The translations under genes were made by a program, and so were the position numbers. Below, in pieces: positions 20,484-28,524 of a stretch of DNA of 64,000 nt (within the stretch, counting starts at the first letter, position 1; each line of letters starts with the position of its first letter). The notes below the pieces were generated by a model. The model saw only the letters and a program-made list of their open reading frames with translations, had not been told where the DNA came from and ran no database searches. The stretch is from a virus: the IMG/VR virus record IMGVR_UViG_3300027759_000067, positions 25,708-89,707 of that record; one strand, 5' to 3'.

Positions 20484-20913
20484 AACTGTAGTTTACACTG
20501 TCTTCATTGATGTTTAACACTTGAGCACCATTACGCAAGTGAAATACCCGGGCCATTTCAGTGGGTGGACTTAGTGTAACATACTTCTTTATACTAGGTC
20601 TACTACTTTGAATATGCGACCTTGCTGCAACAATTAACTTTCTCCCTGCTCCGGGTACATAACTCCATATGGTGTAGAATACTGCTACTACTGGCTCATA
20701 GGATGCATACTCTAATAACTCTTCTCGACTACGCGGTACACTGTCTCTATACAATACACATACTACAGCACTGGGCTTACCATACTCATCTTGCGCTACT
20801 ATGATTTCACTCGATTCACTGACTCGAAACTCTATACCAATTTCTGGACGTACTGGATCATCTTTGATTAATTGTACAAGTGGATCTAACGGTGAACTTA
20901 TGATGTGTAGCAT
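20476..20913 (-). CDS. GNAT-fold-like protein
   Basis: AVFYTIWSY.PGAGRKLI and A..FH..NG motifs. Confidence 0.5.
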   Translation of the reverse strand: MLHIISSPLDPLVQLIKDDPVRPEIGIEFRVSESSEIIVAQDEYGKPSAVVCVLYRDSVPRSREELLEYASYEPVVAVFYTIWSYVPGAGRKLIVAARSHIQSSRPSIKKYVTLSPPTEMARVFHLRNGAQVLNINEDSVNYSYE

Positions 20914-20994
20914 GGCGATACCTTAATAATACACGTACTTATCTATTCTATTCAAATTATACGAGTTTAATGACTATAAACAGTAAGTAACATT

Positions 20995-21213
20995 ATGAAC
21001 AACTTATTCCTAAAATTAACCAACGCTAATCCAGTGAACAGAAGCATGCCACTGGCTATACGCAAAGACCTTGTGCTTACTGTACACTCTAATATGGCTG
21101 TACGTGAGGATTCTAGTATAGAAATGGTAACCTACGTTTTTGGACCTCCACACGGTACTTGGGAAGTACTGGAAACCTACGAATACGTAATGGATCAACT
21201 TACACAAGAATAA
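20995..21213 (+). CDS. Hypothetical protein (FlbD-like fold possible)
   Basis: FLKLT...I.KDLV...WEVLETYEYV pattern. Confidence 0.55.
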   Translation: MNNLFLKLTNANPVNRSMPLAIRKDLVLTVHSNMAVREDSSIEMVTYVFGPPHGTWEVLETYEYVMDQLTQE

Positions 21214-21434
21214 TGTATTTGGTGTTTCCATCAAGTACTGACTACGGTATAGAACTGTTGATACTACGTAGACATCTACTCTTTTGGAGCGAGCAAAATA
21301 ATATTCCACATACTTGTACTGTGGAGAATTCAGAGTTTAGAGTGAGATTACCCAAGCAACAACATTATACCCAATTTGTACTACAGTGGCAGGGCCCAGA
21401 ATTCTATATAGTACCAAAAAAAATTGCTGCGTAA
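21213..21434 (+). CDS. Hypothetical protein
   Basis: TAATG-coupled to previous ORF. Confidence 0.5.
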   Translation: MYLVFPSSTDYGIELLILRRHLLFWSEQNNIPHTCTVENSEFRVRLPKQQHYTQFVLQWQGPEFYIVPKKIAA

Positions 21435-21635
21435 AATTTTAACAACCCAGAAAATCTTTACACTAGAGCAAATTTTTGCCGCGTATTTAAAAGCACTTCT
21501 GTTATTAATCTCCCCAGGCCGTTCTAATCTAACTCAACTTTTTTAATGGTGAATTTTGGTGAGAACTTTTTGCAAGCGGGCTTGCTAGCTTGCTAGGGCA
21601 GGGACCATTGCTGCTCCCCACACCCCTCACTCCCC

Positions 21636-21920
21636 TCAGTGTTCCCTGATCCCCTCAAAGTCTAAAACCGACTCAATGCTGGGATCTGGAAGGATTTCTT
21701 CACCGTAGAGATCGAACCCCTCAGCTTCCAAGATGTCGCAGGCCTCCTGGAACAGTTGGATGACCATACGGGTACGCTGGGCCTGTAGTGTGTCCTTCTT
21801 ACGCTGCCGACCGCTGCCCACCTTGTAGACTAGTGCGTAGTGTTCAGCGCAGTAGCTACGGCCCTCTAGTGCAGGATGTGTACAGCGTGGCCCTGTGCCT
21901 ATGTATGTGCATGTAGTCAT
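21636..21920 (-). CDS. Small Cys/His zinc-binding protein
   Basis: C-x7-C...YCAEH. Confidence 0.6.
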   Translation of the reverse strand: MTTCTYIGTGPRCTHPALEGRSYCAEHYALVYKVGSGRQRKKDTLQAQRTRMVIQLFQEACDILEAEGFDLYGEEILPDPSIESVLDFEGIREH

Positions 21921-22168
21921 TAGTCTTCCTGCCTTACTTTGACGACCAGTTCGATCATGTCCTTGCGTTGTTCTTCAGTCATGTCCACCCACATCTCCAT
22001 AGCGGTTGACACTCCAGTCTCCACACCGTCCTGATAGTGTAGGAAGTTGCTGGTCCAGAGTAGGGCAATGATAGCCCAGAACTCCCAGGTGTCTACATTA
22101 TGACCCATGGCATACAGGGCGATGCCCAGTGTTACCGCTATGGCTATGCGTTGTAGGTTCTCGTTCAT
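21920..22168 (-). CDS. Small membrane protein
   Basis: Two hydrophobic segments; TAATG-coupled. Confidence 0.6.
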   Translation of the reverse strand: MNENLQRIAIAVTLGIALYAMGHNVDTWEFWAIIALLWTSNFLHYQDGVETGVSTAMEMWVDMTEEQRKDMIELVVKVRQED

Positions 22169-23037
22169 TATCGTTTCATACAAGTGGTCTTCACCATTGC
22201 GGTCCAGTTGTTAGGGAAGCCCTTCTTTAGATCAGCGATCTTCAATACCATACGCAGGCTGAGCTCACGAAGCTTGTCCTGGTTCTGTTCTACGAACTCA
22301 ATGAGCTCGTCCTCTACACAGGCATCAAAGTCGTAGCGTTCCAGCATCTGGCCTTGTTTAACTACCTGTTTGATTCTAAGGATCTTCTCACGTGCGGTAT
22401 CCATTTGGAGATCAATGTAGTGGCAGCGGCTTTCCAGGGCATCCAAGTGATCTCTGAGCTTCTTGCTACGTACATGTTCAAACTTGATGTTGGTGATAAA
22501 GATAGCGGCACCCTTGAACTCAAAGCGATCCGGTATGCCTTCTGATCTAAGTATGCGGCTGTCTGTGTTCCAGCTGATGTAGCGGCGGCTACCACTGTCC
22601 AATGCACCCTTAAGGATGTTCAGGCTAAGGTCTTCCATAAGGATACTATCGCAGTCGTCGAAGACCACAACGTTACCTTCAGCGGAGAACTCGTAGAGTT
22701 TGCTGTAGAGTCCGATGGAGCTCATGGCACCCTTGACCACTTCGAACTTGGGCTTCTTCTCTGCCAAGATGTTGAACAGCTCGGACTTGAGCAGGACTTT
22801 CTCTACTCCGAAGCTTTTGCCAACACCGGGTGGGCCACTGACAATCATAGCACGGATCTGTCCGTCTTTGACTGCCTTGGTCATTTGATCCAGGATTTCG
22901 AAGCGTTCACCCAGACGTTGGTAGATCTCGTCGTCTGTTTCTCTGGCCACAGCGTCTTGGGTACGTTTGATTGCTGCTTCGTCAAACTCTAGTACGGTAG
23001 CGCCCTTGCTGGGTTTTTGTGCTGCTCTTGTTGCCAT
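22168..23037 (-). CDS. P-loop (AAA-like) ATPase
   Basis: GPPGVGKS, VVFDDCD, FITN, ALESR; start reassigned to 23037 downstream of promoter and RBS. Confidence 0.85.
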   Translation of the reverse strand: MATRAAQKPSKGATVLEFDEAAIKRTQDAVARETDDEIYQRLGERFEILDQMTKAVKDGQIRAMIVSGPPGVGKSFGVEKVLLKSELFNILAEKKPKFEVVKGAMSSIGLYSKLYEFSAEGNVVVFDDCDSILMEDLSLNILKGALDSGSRRYISWNTDSRILRSEGIPDRFEFKGAAIFITNIKFEHVRSKKLRDHLDALESRCHYIDLQMDTAREKILRIKQVVKQGQMLERYDFDACVEDELIEFVEQNQDKLRELSLRMVLKIADLKKGFPNNWTAMVKTTCMKR

Positions 23038-23096
23038 AGTGTTCCTTGGTGTGTTTAAAAGTGTATTATAACAGGGACCTAAGTCCCTGTCAATGT

Positions 23097-23423
23097 TCAG
23101 TCTGCCCGACCGCCTGCGTAGGCTGTGACACCCAGTCGTTCTTTCAGGATCCGAGCGGCAGCTGAGGCACCCGCTTCTTTCACTGACATGCTCTGGGTAC
23201 CGTGGCCACTTGGGTTCCACCATTGGAGACCGCCACCGTAGGCTTTGCTGAAGCCTGCTTTAATCAATGCGCGGCCCAGTTTGGTTGAGCCTTTCTCGTA
23301 GACGTTAACCCAAGCAAAGCCGCAGTACCAGTCCTCACCGTGTTGGGTGATGTGGTCTTGTGCGGCTTGGGCAGCGGCTTGTTGGGCTTCTGCTACAGCG
23401 GCGTTGACGATTGCTTGTTCCAT
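23097..23423 (-). CDS. Early hypothetical protein
   Basis: Own promoter and RBS; CGFAWV motif. Confidence 0.8.
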   Translation of the reverse strand: MEQAIVNAAVAEAQQAAAQAAQDHITQHGEDWYCGFAWVNVYEKGSTKLGRALIKAGFSKAYGGGLQWWNPSGHGTQSMSVKEAGASAAARILKERLGVTAYAGGRAD

Positions 23424-23483
23424 TTAGTGCTCCTTAGTGTGTAAGTAAGTATTATAACAGGGAGTTGCCTCCCTGTCAACCTT

Positions 23484-23747
23484 TTAGTTGTTGTTTATTG
23501 TGTACAATGCATTATCTAAATATTCTGAGATAATTTGCTTTTTGTAAGTGTTAACAATAGTTTCTTGTAGTGTTTCGCAAGCGCACAATAAGTTAGTGTC
23601 GCTGTCGTCTTCTTCTAGCACATAATTAATAACTTGCAGCATTGTTTTACCCGTACGCACTGCTTCGGCAAATACAATTGCTTCGCAATTGTTAACGTTG
23701 TTATTTACAGCGTGGAATCCGTTTGCAGTTTGTGTTACTTGTAACAT
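23484..23747 (-). CDS. Early hypothetical protein, Pro-free, TC/CC-depleted
   Basis: Own promoter and AAGGA RBS. Confidence 0.75.
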   Translation of the reverse strand: MLQVTQTANGFHAVNNNVNNCEAIVFAEAVRTGKTMLQVINYVLEEDDSDTNLLCACETLQETIVNTYKKQIISEYLDNALYTINNN

Positions 23748-23836
23748 AGTGTTTCCTTTTAGTGTTTAAGTGTGTATTATAACGCTAAAGGGCTCCGCTG
23801 TCAACCTGTGTTGCAAAGCCCTTTCACTTTACTCTA

Positions 23837-24115
23837 CTATTTGTTATAACTTGCGTTAATGCGTAAGTATGTACGCCCCCCGCTCCTAAAACCCATGCAG
23901 CCTGTGTAATTGCTTGTTGTTGCTTTAACTCTGTTAGTAAAGCCCACAAGTGTAAACAAGTCTTGTATCTCTTTTACTAATGCGTGTTTATCCGCATAGT
24001 TAATGTCCCATGTTAGCAAGCGTGTATTATTAACACCTTTGTCTGTGTATTTTGCACTGTCCCCTACAATATTGTTTACAATATTGCGTATTGCTTGCGT
24101 ATCCGCTAGTTGCAT
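23837..24115 (-). CDS. Early hypothetical protein, Pro-free, TC/CC-free
   Basis: Own promoter and AGGAG RBS. Confidence 0.75.
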   Translation of the reverse strand: MQLADTQAIRNIVNNIVGDSAKYTDKGVNNTRLLTWDINYADKHALVKEIQDLFTLVGFTNRVKATTSNYTGCMGFRSGGRTYLRINASYNK

Positions 24116-24154
24116 AAAAAGCTCCTTTAGTGTTTAAGTGTGTATTATAGCAGT

Positions 24155-24331
24155 TTAGTCTGCTGTTGTCAAGTCTTTTTGTGTAAAGTTAAACAGCTCG
24201 TTGTAACAAGCAACCAGCTGCTCGTCTGTCATTTTGTAGCAAGCACTATTAGTGTCGTATTCCATTTTAATATTATACAACATTTCCCAACGTGTTAGTC
24301 CGTTGCTTAATTTACGTTTTGTAAAATACAT
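24155..24331 (-). CDS. Early hypothetical protein, Pro-free, TC/CC-free
   Basis: Start at 24331 after AGGAG RBS. Confidence 0.7.
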   Translation of the reverse strand: MYFTKRKLSNGLTRWEMLYNIKMEYDTNSACYKMTDEQLVACYNELFNFTQKDLTTAD

Positions 24332-24341
24332 ATAGTTCTCC

Positions 24342-24632
24342 TTATTTGCAGCAATATTTGTTAGCACTAATTAGTGCGTTATCTTCTATGTACAATAGCA
24401 CACTAATGTAAAATTCGCGTACTAATGTATCTTGCATAATAATTGCGTTATGCAATGCTAGTACATTTTTGTCTGTGTTAAACTGCACTAGTGCGTTAAC
24501 GTTATATGCCACGTCCTCTGCAAACATAGTGTCTATGTCCTCTTCGTTAGCAAATACGTTAATATATTCCTCTGTTGTTTTAAGTAATAGCACGTTAATT
24601 TGTGCAATGTGTTTTGCTGTTAGTTTTTGCAT
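24342..24632 (-). CDS. Early hypothetical protein, Pro-free, TC/CC-free
   Basis: Own promoter and AAGGA RBS. Confidence 0.75.
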   Translation of the reverse strand: MQKLTAKHIAQINVLLLKTTEEYINVFANEEDIDTMFAEDVAYNVNALVQFNTDKNVLALHNAIIMQDTLVREFYISVLLYIEDNALISANKYCCK

Positions 24633-24718
24633 ATAGTTCCTTTTTGTTTATGTGTGTATTATAACGCAGAATAGCACACTTGTCAAGTGTGCTGTTAATA
24701 ACCCTGCTAGCGGTAAGG

Positions 24719-24889
24719 TTATTTCTTGGTGGCTGGGGCCTGCTGTATCTGAACGCAGGTGCCTTTGAATTGCTGTTTCTGTAGGTCCTGAAGAGCCGCC
24801 TGGCATATGGCCTGCTCCTGGAACTGCCCTATGTAGGTCACGCTGGGTGCTGTGGTTCCTATGCCAATGAGTGCTATTGCCCAGAACAT
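24719..24889 (-). CDS. Small secreted/membrane protein, 56 aa (absent from ORF track)
   Basis: MFWAIALIGIG...C...C; GGAGG RBS upstream. Confidence 0.6.
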   Translation of the reverse strand: MFWAIALIGIGTTAPSVTYIGQFQEQAICQAALQDLQKQQFKGTCVQIQQAPATKK

Positions 24890-24890
24890 A

Positions 24891-25109
24891 TCACGCCTCC
24901 TTCTTGGTTAGGGTGGACTTGAACAGCAGGGCGAACAGGAACTGGAGTCCCCAGGCCTGTAGCCAACCTATCTCTCGTGTGCCCTCTACAGCAGGTACAA
25001 GGCATTGGTTCCACAGTTCCATCACCGGCCAAGCCAGTAGGAAGGATAGGAACAGTAGGGTAGCGATACTGGCTACGATTGCACCTAATGCTACGATTGC
25101 GTCTTTCAT
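24891..25109 (-). CDS. Small membrane protein
   Basis: Two TM-like segments, GAGG RBS. Confidence 0.75.
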   Translation of the reverse strand: MKDAIVALGAIVASIATLLFLSFLLAWPVMELWNQCLVPAVEGTREIGWLQAWGLQFLFALLFKSTLTKKEA

Positions 25110-25118
25110 AACAACCTC

Positions 25119-25220
25119 TTACAAAAATGTGTACACAATAGCAATCCCTATAAAGTACAGGAAAAGTGATCCTACTGCTACAATAGCGGCAAACTCGAGT
25201 GTTTCTTTTAACAGTTGCAT
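25119..25220 (-). CDS. 33-aa membrane peptide (absent from ORF track)
   Basis: First ORF after the promoter at 25240, AGGAG RBS. Confidence 0.55.
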   Translation of the reverse strand: MQLLKETLEFAAIVAVGSLFLYFIGIAIVYTFL

Positions 25221-25248
25221 TTCTATCTCCTAAAATTGTATTATAGCA

Positions 25249-25467
25249 TCAAATGCGGAATTGGTCAAGCACTTCTTTAGCCTCGTCTACAGTGGTGATC
25301 TCATCAACGAATGCTGCCAGCATCATTTGGATCAGTGTACGGCACTCGAGTCGTTCTGGCCGGGGCAAGGTAGCGATGAATGCCTCCACTGCCGCGTATT
25401 CCTCAAGACCCCACATAATGTCGCACAGGGCCTTCTGTTTAGCGTTGAGTCCAGTGATAGTGATCAT
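25249..25467 (-). CDS. Early hypothetical protein
   Basis: GGAG RBS, TAATG overlap with upstream peptide. Confidence 0.7.
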   Translation of the reverse strand: MITITGLNAKQKALCDIMWGLEEYAAVEAFIATLPRPERLECRTLIQMMLAAFVDEITTVDEAKEVLDQFRI

Positions 25468-25556
25468 TACATTCTCCAAAAGTAGATTACAAAGGGTCCG
25501 CCGATTAGGGCTGCGACTGCGGTAGCTTGTGCTAGGTCGATTAGTGCTTGTTTCAT
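25467..25556 (-). CDS. 29-aa leaderless hydrophobic peptide (absent from ORF track)
   Basis: TATAAT-ACATAC-ATG; MKQALIDLAQATAVAALIGGPFVIYFWRM. Confidence 0.5.
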   Translation of the reverse strand: MKQALIDLAQATAVAALIGGPFVIYFWRM

Positions 25557-25587
25557 GTATGTATTATAGCCGAGAACTTGGGTCTCG

Positions 25588-25893
25588 TCAACCTATTTCT
25601 AAGACTTTATTCATATCGATGTTGAAGCCGGCAGCATGGACGTAGACTGCTCGTAGTGAAGATTGGGCAAATCGTTGCTCTACCCGTTGTATAGCCTGGT
25701 TCAATGAAGGGGCGCGAACCCGGTATGTATCCTGATTGCCGTCGGCCCACTCTACAGTGACTAGGTGCCAGGTGTTGTTCTCTGCGACTGCATACAGACC
25801 GTTGACCAATAGGACCAACACTCCGGTGATGAGTGTCTCACTATGGGCCAGGCTGGACCCTAGCATCAGGGCTAGGATTACGGCCTTCTTCAT
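25588..25893 (-). CDS. Hypothetical protein with signal-peptide-like N-terminus
   Basis: MKKAVILALMLGSSLAHS; stop lies within the next -35 box. Confidence 0.65.
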   Translation of the reverse strand: MKKAVILALMLGSSLAHSETLITGVLVLLVNGLYAVAENNTWHLVTVEWADGNQDTYRVRAPSLNQAIQRVEQRFAQSSLRAVYVHAAGFNIDMNKVLEIG

Positions 25894-26111
25894 ACAGCGC
25901 CCACCTTTCGGAACAGGTCCATAAAGGCACCGTTGATCTCGTCCATCTCTTCTTGCTCGACATAGAAGTCTGAGCGTGGATCATAGTACTGACCTTCCTT
26001 GGGATCGTAGTAGAGAACACGTCCGGAGAAGTTGAATGGGCCTTCTAAGCCCTTGCGTGGACCGTAATTGTCACGCATGTTGTCCACAGTGTTCAAAACG
26101 CGATATCCCAT
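25890..26111 (-). CDS. Early hypothetical protein (YYDP repeats)
   Basis: Own promoter and RBS. Confidence 0.75.
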   Translation of the reverse strand: MGYRVLNTVDNMRDNYGPRKGLEGPFNFSGRVLYYDPKEGQYYDPRSDFYVEQEEMDEINGAFMDLFRKVGAV

Positions 26112-26168
26112 CTGGTGCTCCTTAGTGTGTAAGTATGTATTATAGCCTCAGATGGGCTGCTTGTCAAC

Positions 26169-26396
26169 CTATTTTTTGGTAATTTCTTCAAGTTTCTCTT
26201 TGTACTCTAGTTCGGACACTTGCATCAAGTAGACTTCACGCAGAGCATAAACGGTTCCAATCAGGAGCATAGTGACGAAGAATGCCTCACCGCCGAAGAA
26301 GTAGACAAAGGTCAGTGCTGCTAGACCACCGAGCACAGCAGAGCCAAAGAGTTTAGCCACGTGTACAGCGGCCTTTTGTTTCAATGTAAGCATCAT
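26169..26396 (-). CDS. Small membrane protein
   Basis: Own promoter; two TM-like segments. Confidence 0.7.
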   Translation of the reverse strand: MMLTLKQKAAVHVAKLFGSAVLGGLAALTFVYFFGGEAFFVTMLLIGTVYALREVYLMQVSELEYKEKLEEITKK

Positions 26397-26427
26397 AGTA
26401 TTTTCCTTTTAAAAATGTATTATAGCA

Positions 26428-26820
26428 TCAAGTTGACACCCGGTCAACCTTAAAATAGCCGTAAGGTAGGCCAACCAGGTAGCACAGGAACTCGTCGTCC
26501 CCATTGCTGCCCTCTGCTTCGTGGATCCAACGCAGGGCCATCTCACGGTCCTTAGCACCGCAGGCTAGGATAGATTGGACACGCATCTCAAAGGCATGTG
26601 CTGCCTCGTGCTCGGCGATCTTGCGTTCTTGATCGTTCTTGACAATCTCGTTCTGCAGGAAGTCAAACTCCCGGTTGAACTTGGACTCATCCCAGAGGTG
26701 TGTGCTGATGCCACGTGGGCGGAAACCGTAGGCATCCTTGTACATATCCCAGAAGATGCTTTGGAGTTCTTCCATGCGGGTCATTGTTTCCATAGTGTGC
26801 TCCAGTGTGTTGCTGTTCAT
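26428..26820 (-). CDS. Early hypothetical protein (DMYKDAYGFRPR)
   Basis: Start either at leaderless ATG 26820 or at GGAG-led ATG 26793. Confidence 0.75.
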   Translation of the reverse strand: MNSNTLEHTMETMTRMEELQSIFWDMYKDAYGFRPRGISTHLWDESKFNREFDFLQNEIVKNDQERKIAEHEAAHAFEMRVQSILACGAKDREMALRWIHEAEGSNGDDEFLCYLVGLPYGYFKVDRVST

Positions 26821-26866
26821 GTGTGTATTATAGCAGGAAACAATGCCCTTGTCAACCAAAGGGTCT

Positions 26867-27100
26867 TTACAGATTCTCACCAGAGATTGTATCAATGGCA
26901 CCAGTGTAGACCGCAACGACGCCGTTGCCTTCCTCAAGCCAGCCATTTATGTTCCAGACGTCACGATGTCGATTGTAGGATTCCACCCACATGAGTGCAT
27001 CCTCACGGGTGTCGAACTCTTCCTCTCCGAGCACCTTGTGATCATTCACATGACCAGCATAGATAGGGTAGATTTGAACATTGTGTACGATTGCCATCAT
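26867..27100 (-). CDS. Early hypothetical protein
   Basis: GGAG RBS directly after the structured leader. Confidence 0.7.
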   Translation of the reverse strand: MMAIVHNVQIYPIYAGHVNDHKVLGEEEFDTREDALMWVESYNRHRDVWNINGWLEEGNGVVAVYTGAIDTISGENL

Positions 27101-27106
27101 GTGCTC

Positions 27107-27318
27107 CAGTTAGGAAAAAGTTAGAGGAACTTTGCTGATCAATTCTGAGCTAGCTACTCTCAGATCAATCGCCGTCATTACTGCCTGCCTATTTCGTCTG
27201 CTTCTCCTTGCGGATTGCCATCTTGTAAGTGGAGGAGTAGCCTGCTAAGGCGGGGCTCAAACCCATAATCCCATCACTCACCTAACGATGCAGGTAACCT
27301 CTAACTCTTTCCTAACTG
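27107..27318 (-). ncRNA. Candidate ~210-nt structured RNA closed by a 21-bp terminal stem
   Basis: Inverted repeat 27107-27127/27298-27318 (the one mismatch is G-U on the minus strand); several internal helices; starts right after the promoter at 27330. Confidence 0.65.
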
Positions 27319-27362
27319 TCTATGCTTGTATTATAACGCACATAGACAGCCTTGTCAACCTT

Positions 27363-27605
27363 TTATTCGTCTCCGCCCCAATCTTTTTTCTCTCCAAACT
27401 CTTCATTGTACTCATAGCCTGCGGTGTAGGCTGTGATCTCCGCTGCTGTCATATCCTTCAAACCAATGCGTGGTGTTGAGTAGGTATCGCCCACATAGTA
27501 GTGTGGATCATATCTACGATTGTAATGGCTGTCGGCACTGCCGCGATCCCAAGGGCCACCGTGACGTTGATCGTAGTATGCTGAACGTGTTGCTTCTGCC
27601 ATCAT
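27363..27605 (-). CDS. Early hypothetical protein
   Basis: Own promoter and RBS; RHGGPWDRGSADS. Confidence 0.75.
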   Translation of the reverse strand: MMAEATRSAYYDQRHGGPWDRGSADSHYNRRYDPHYYVGDTYSTPRIGLKDMTAAEITAYTAGYEYNEEFGEKKDWGGDE

Positions 27606-27650
27606 ATCTCTTGCTCCTAAAATTGTATTATAGCACCGTTTGAATAACCT

Positions 27651-27776
27651 GTCAACCTCTAAGGTCTTTGGTTGACCAGAATAGGTGAACCTCGTATACT
27701 TTGCGGCATACGAGGTTCTGGGGGTTGCCTGAAGACACTACCCTTCAGGGCTTGTGTCTGCTACGCGACAGCAGAC
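27651..27776 (-). other. Four tandem hairpins in an intergenic region
   Basis: Stems 27651/27676, 27687/27718, 27728/27749, 27756/27776. Confidence 0.55.
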
Positions 27777-27789
27777 TTTGGAGCGTTCT

Positions 27790-28065
27790 TTAGACTAGGC
27801 CAAGAGCCATAGCGCGGTAACCAGCTGCAATCAACTTGCGAGTAGGTTGTCCGATTTCGTATTCGGTAACTTGAACGTGGTTGCCAGCGGTACGGGTGTT
27901 AGCGTACACCGCAAATCCTGCTTGGCGGATACGGCTGACTTCAGCTGAAACGTTCTTGATGCCAAAACGCTTCTCAGCTTGGCTTGCGGTTACCTTATCA
28001 CCACTCTTAAGAGCAGTGAAGAGCTTATGGGTCTTAGTGCCCTGATTGATGTTATAAGTTTGCAT
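27790..28065 (-). CDS. Winged-helix DNA-binding protein
   Basis: L.SGDKVTASQAEKRFGIKNVSAEVSRIRQAG HTH pattern. Confidence 0.7.
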   Translation of the reverse strand: MQTYNINQGTKTHKLFTALKSGDKVTASQAEKRFGIKNVSAEVSRIRQAGFAVYANTRTAGNHVQVTEYEIGQPTRKLIAAGYRAMALGLV

Positions 28066-28115
28066 TTTTGTTTTCCTTAATGTTATACTGTTTGCACAGT
28101 TACAACAATATTACA

Positions 28116-28418
28116 TTATTCCTTGATGAGAGTCAAGTGATTTTGGAGATCTTTCCTGGCTCGCTCTTTACCTTCTTCCAGGTACTTCTCAACATCCCTT
28201 AACGTTTTGGTATTACCAAACTCTCGATCAGTGTAGTACTCAATGAGTCTACGTTGGATCATAGTCAGCAAGTCACCGTTCTCGTCGTCGATGATGAAAC
28301 GTACAGGGCAGCGGCTCCAAGATCTACGTGCTTGGAACTCTGCAAACCACTCACGATGCTGCTTGTTATAAGCATCGAATACAATCCAGGGTCTACCATA
28401 AAAGGCTAATCTACTCAT
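28116..28418 (-). CDS. Early hypothetical protein
   Basis: AAGGAG RBS; W..CPVRF. Confidence 0.7.
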   Translation of the reverse strand: MSRLAFYGRPWIVFDAYNKQHREWFAEFQARRSWSRCPVRFIIDDENGDLLTMIQRRLIEYYTDREFGNTKTLRDVEKYLEEGKERARKDLQNHLTLIKE

Positions 28419-28436
28419 TGTGTTGCTCCTTAAGTG

Positions 28437-28493
28437 TCTTAGTTAAACAGAGTACTCATTTCCTTCGTCGCTCGGCACTCTGTTTAACTAAGA
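28437..28493 (-). other. 17-bp perfect inverted repeat with 23-nt loop just upstream of an RBS
   Basis: TCTTAGTTAAACAGAGT / ACTCTGTTTAACTAAGA. Confidence 0.7.
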
Positions 28494-28524
28494 GGGGCAT
28501 ATAGCCCCAATACCCCGCTATGGG

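Noticed and set aside
23038-23223. N-terminal extensions given by the ORF track (also 26821-26946, 28918-29004, 33302-33328, 14530-14562)
   Set aside because: They run through promoters; better starts lie downstream of the -10 box or RBS.
23793-24668. UV-avoidance or codon bias as the cause of the TC/CC absence
   Set aside because: TT remains abundant on both strands and the template strand keeps TC/CC; the exclusion also crosses codon boundaries and intergenic DNA.
27107-27318. Hammerhead ribozyme, tRNA, SRP RNA or true retron
   Set aside because: No CUGANGA core in the correct context, no cloverleaf, incomplete SRP motif, and no reverse transcriptase in the window.
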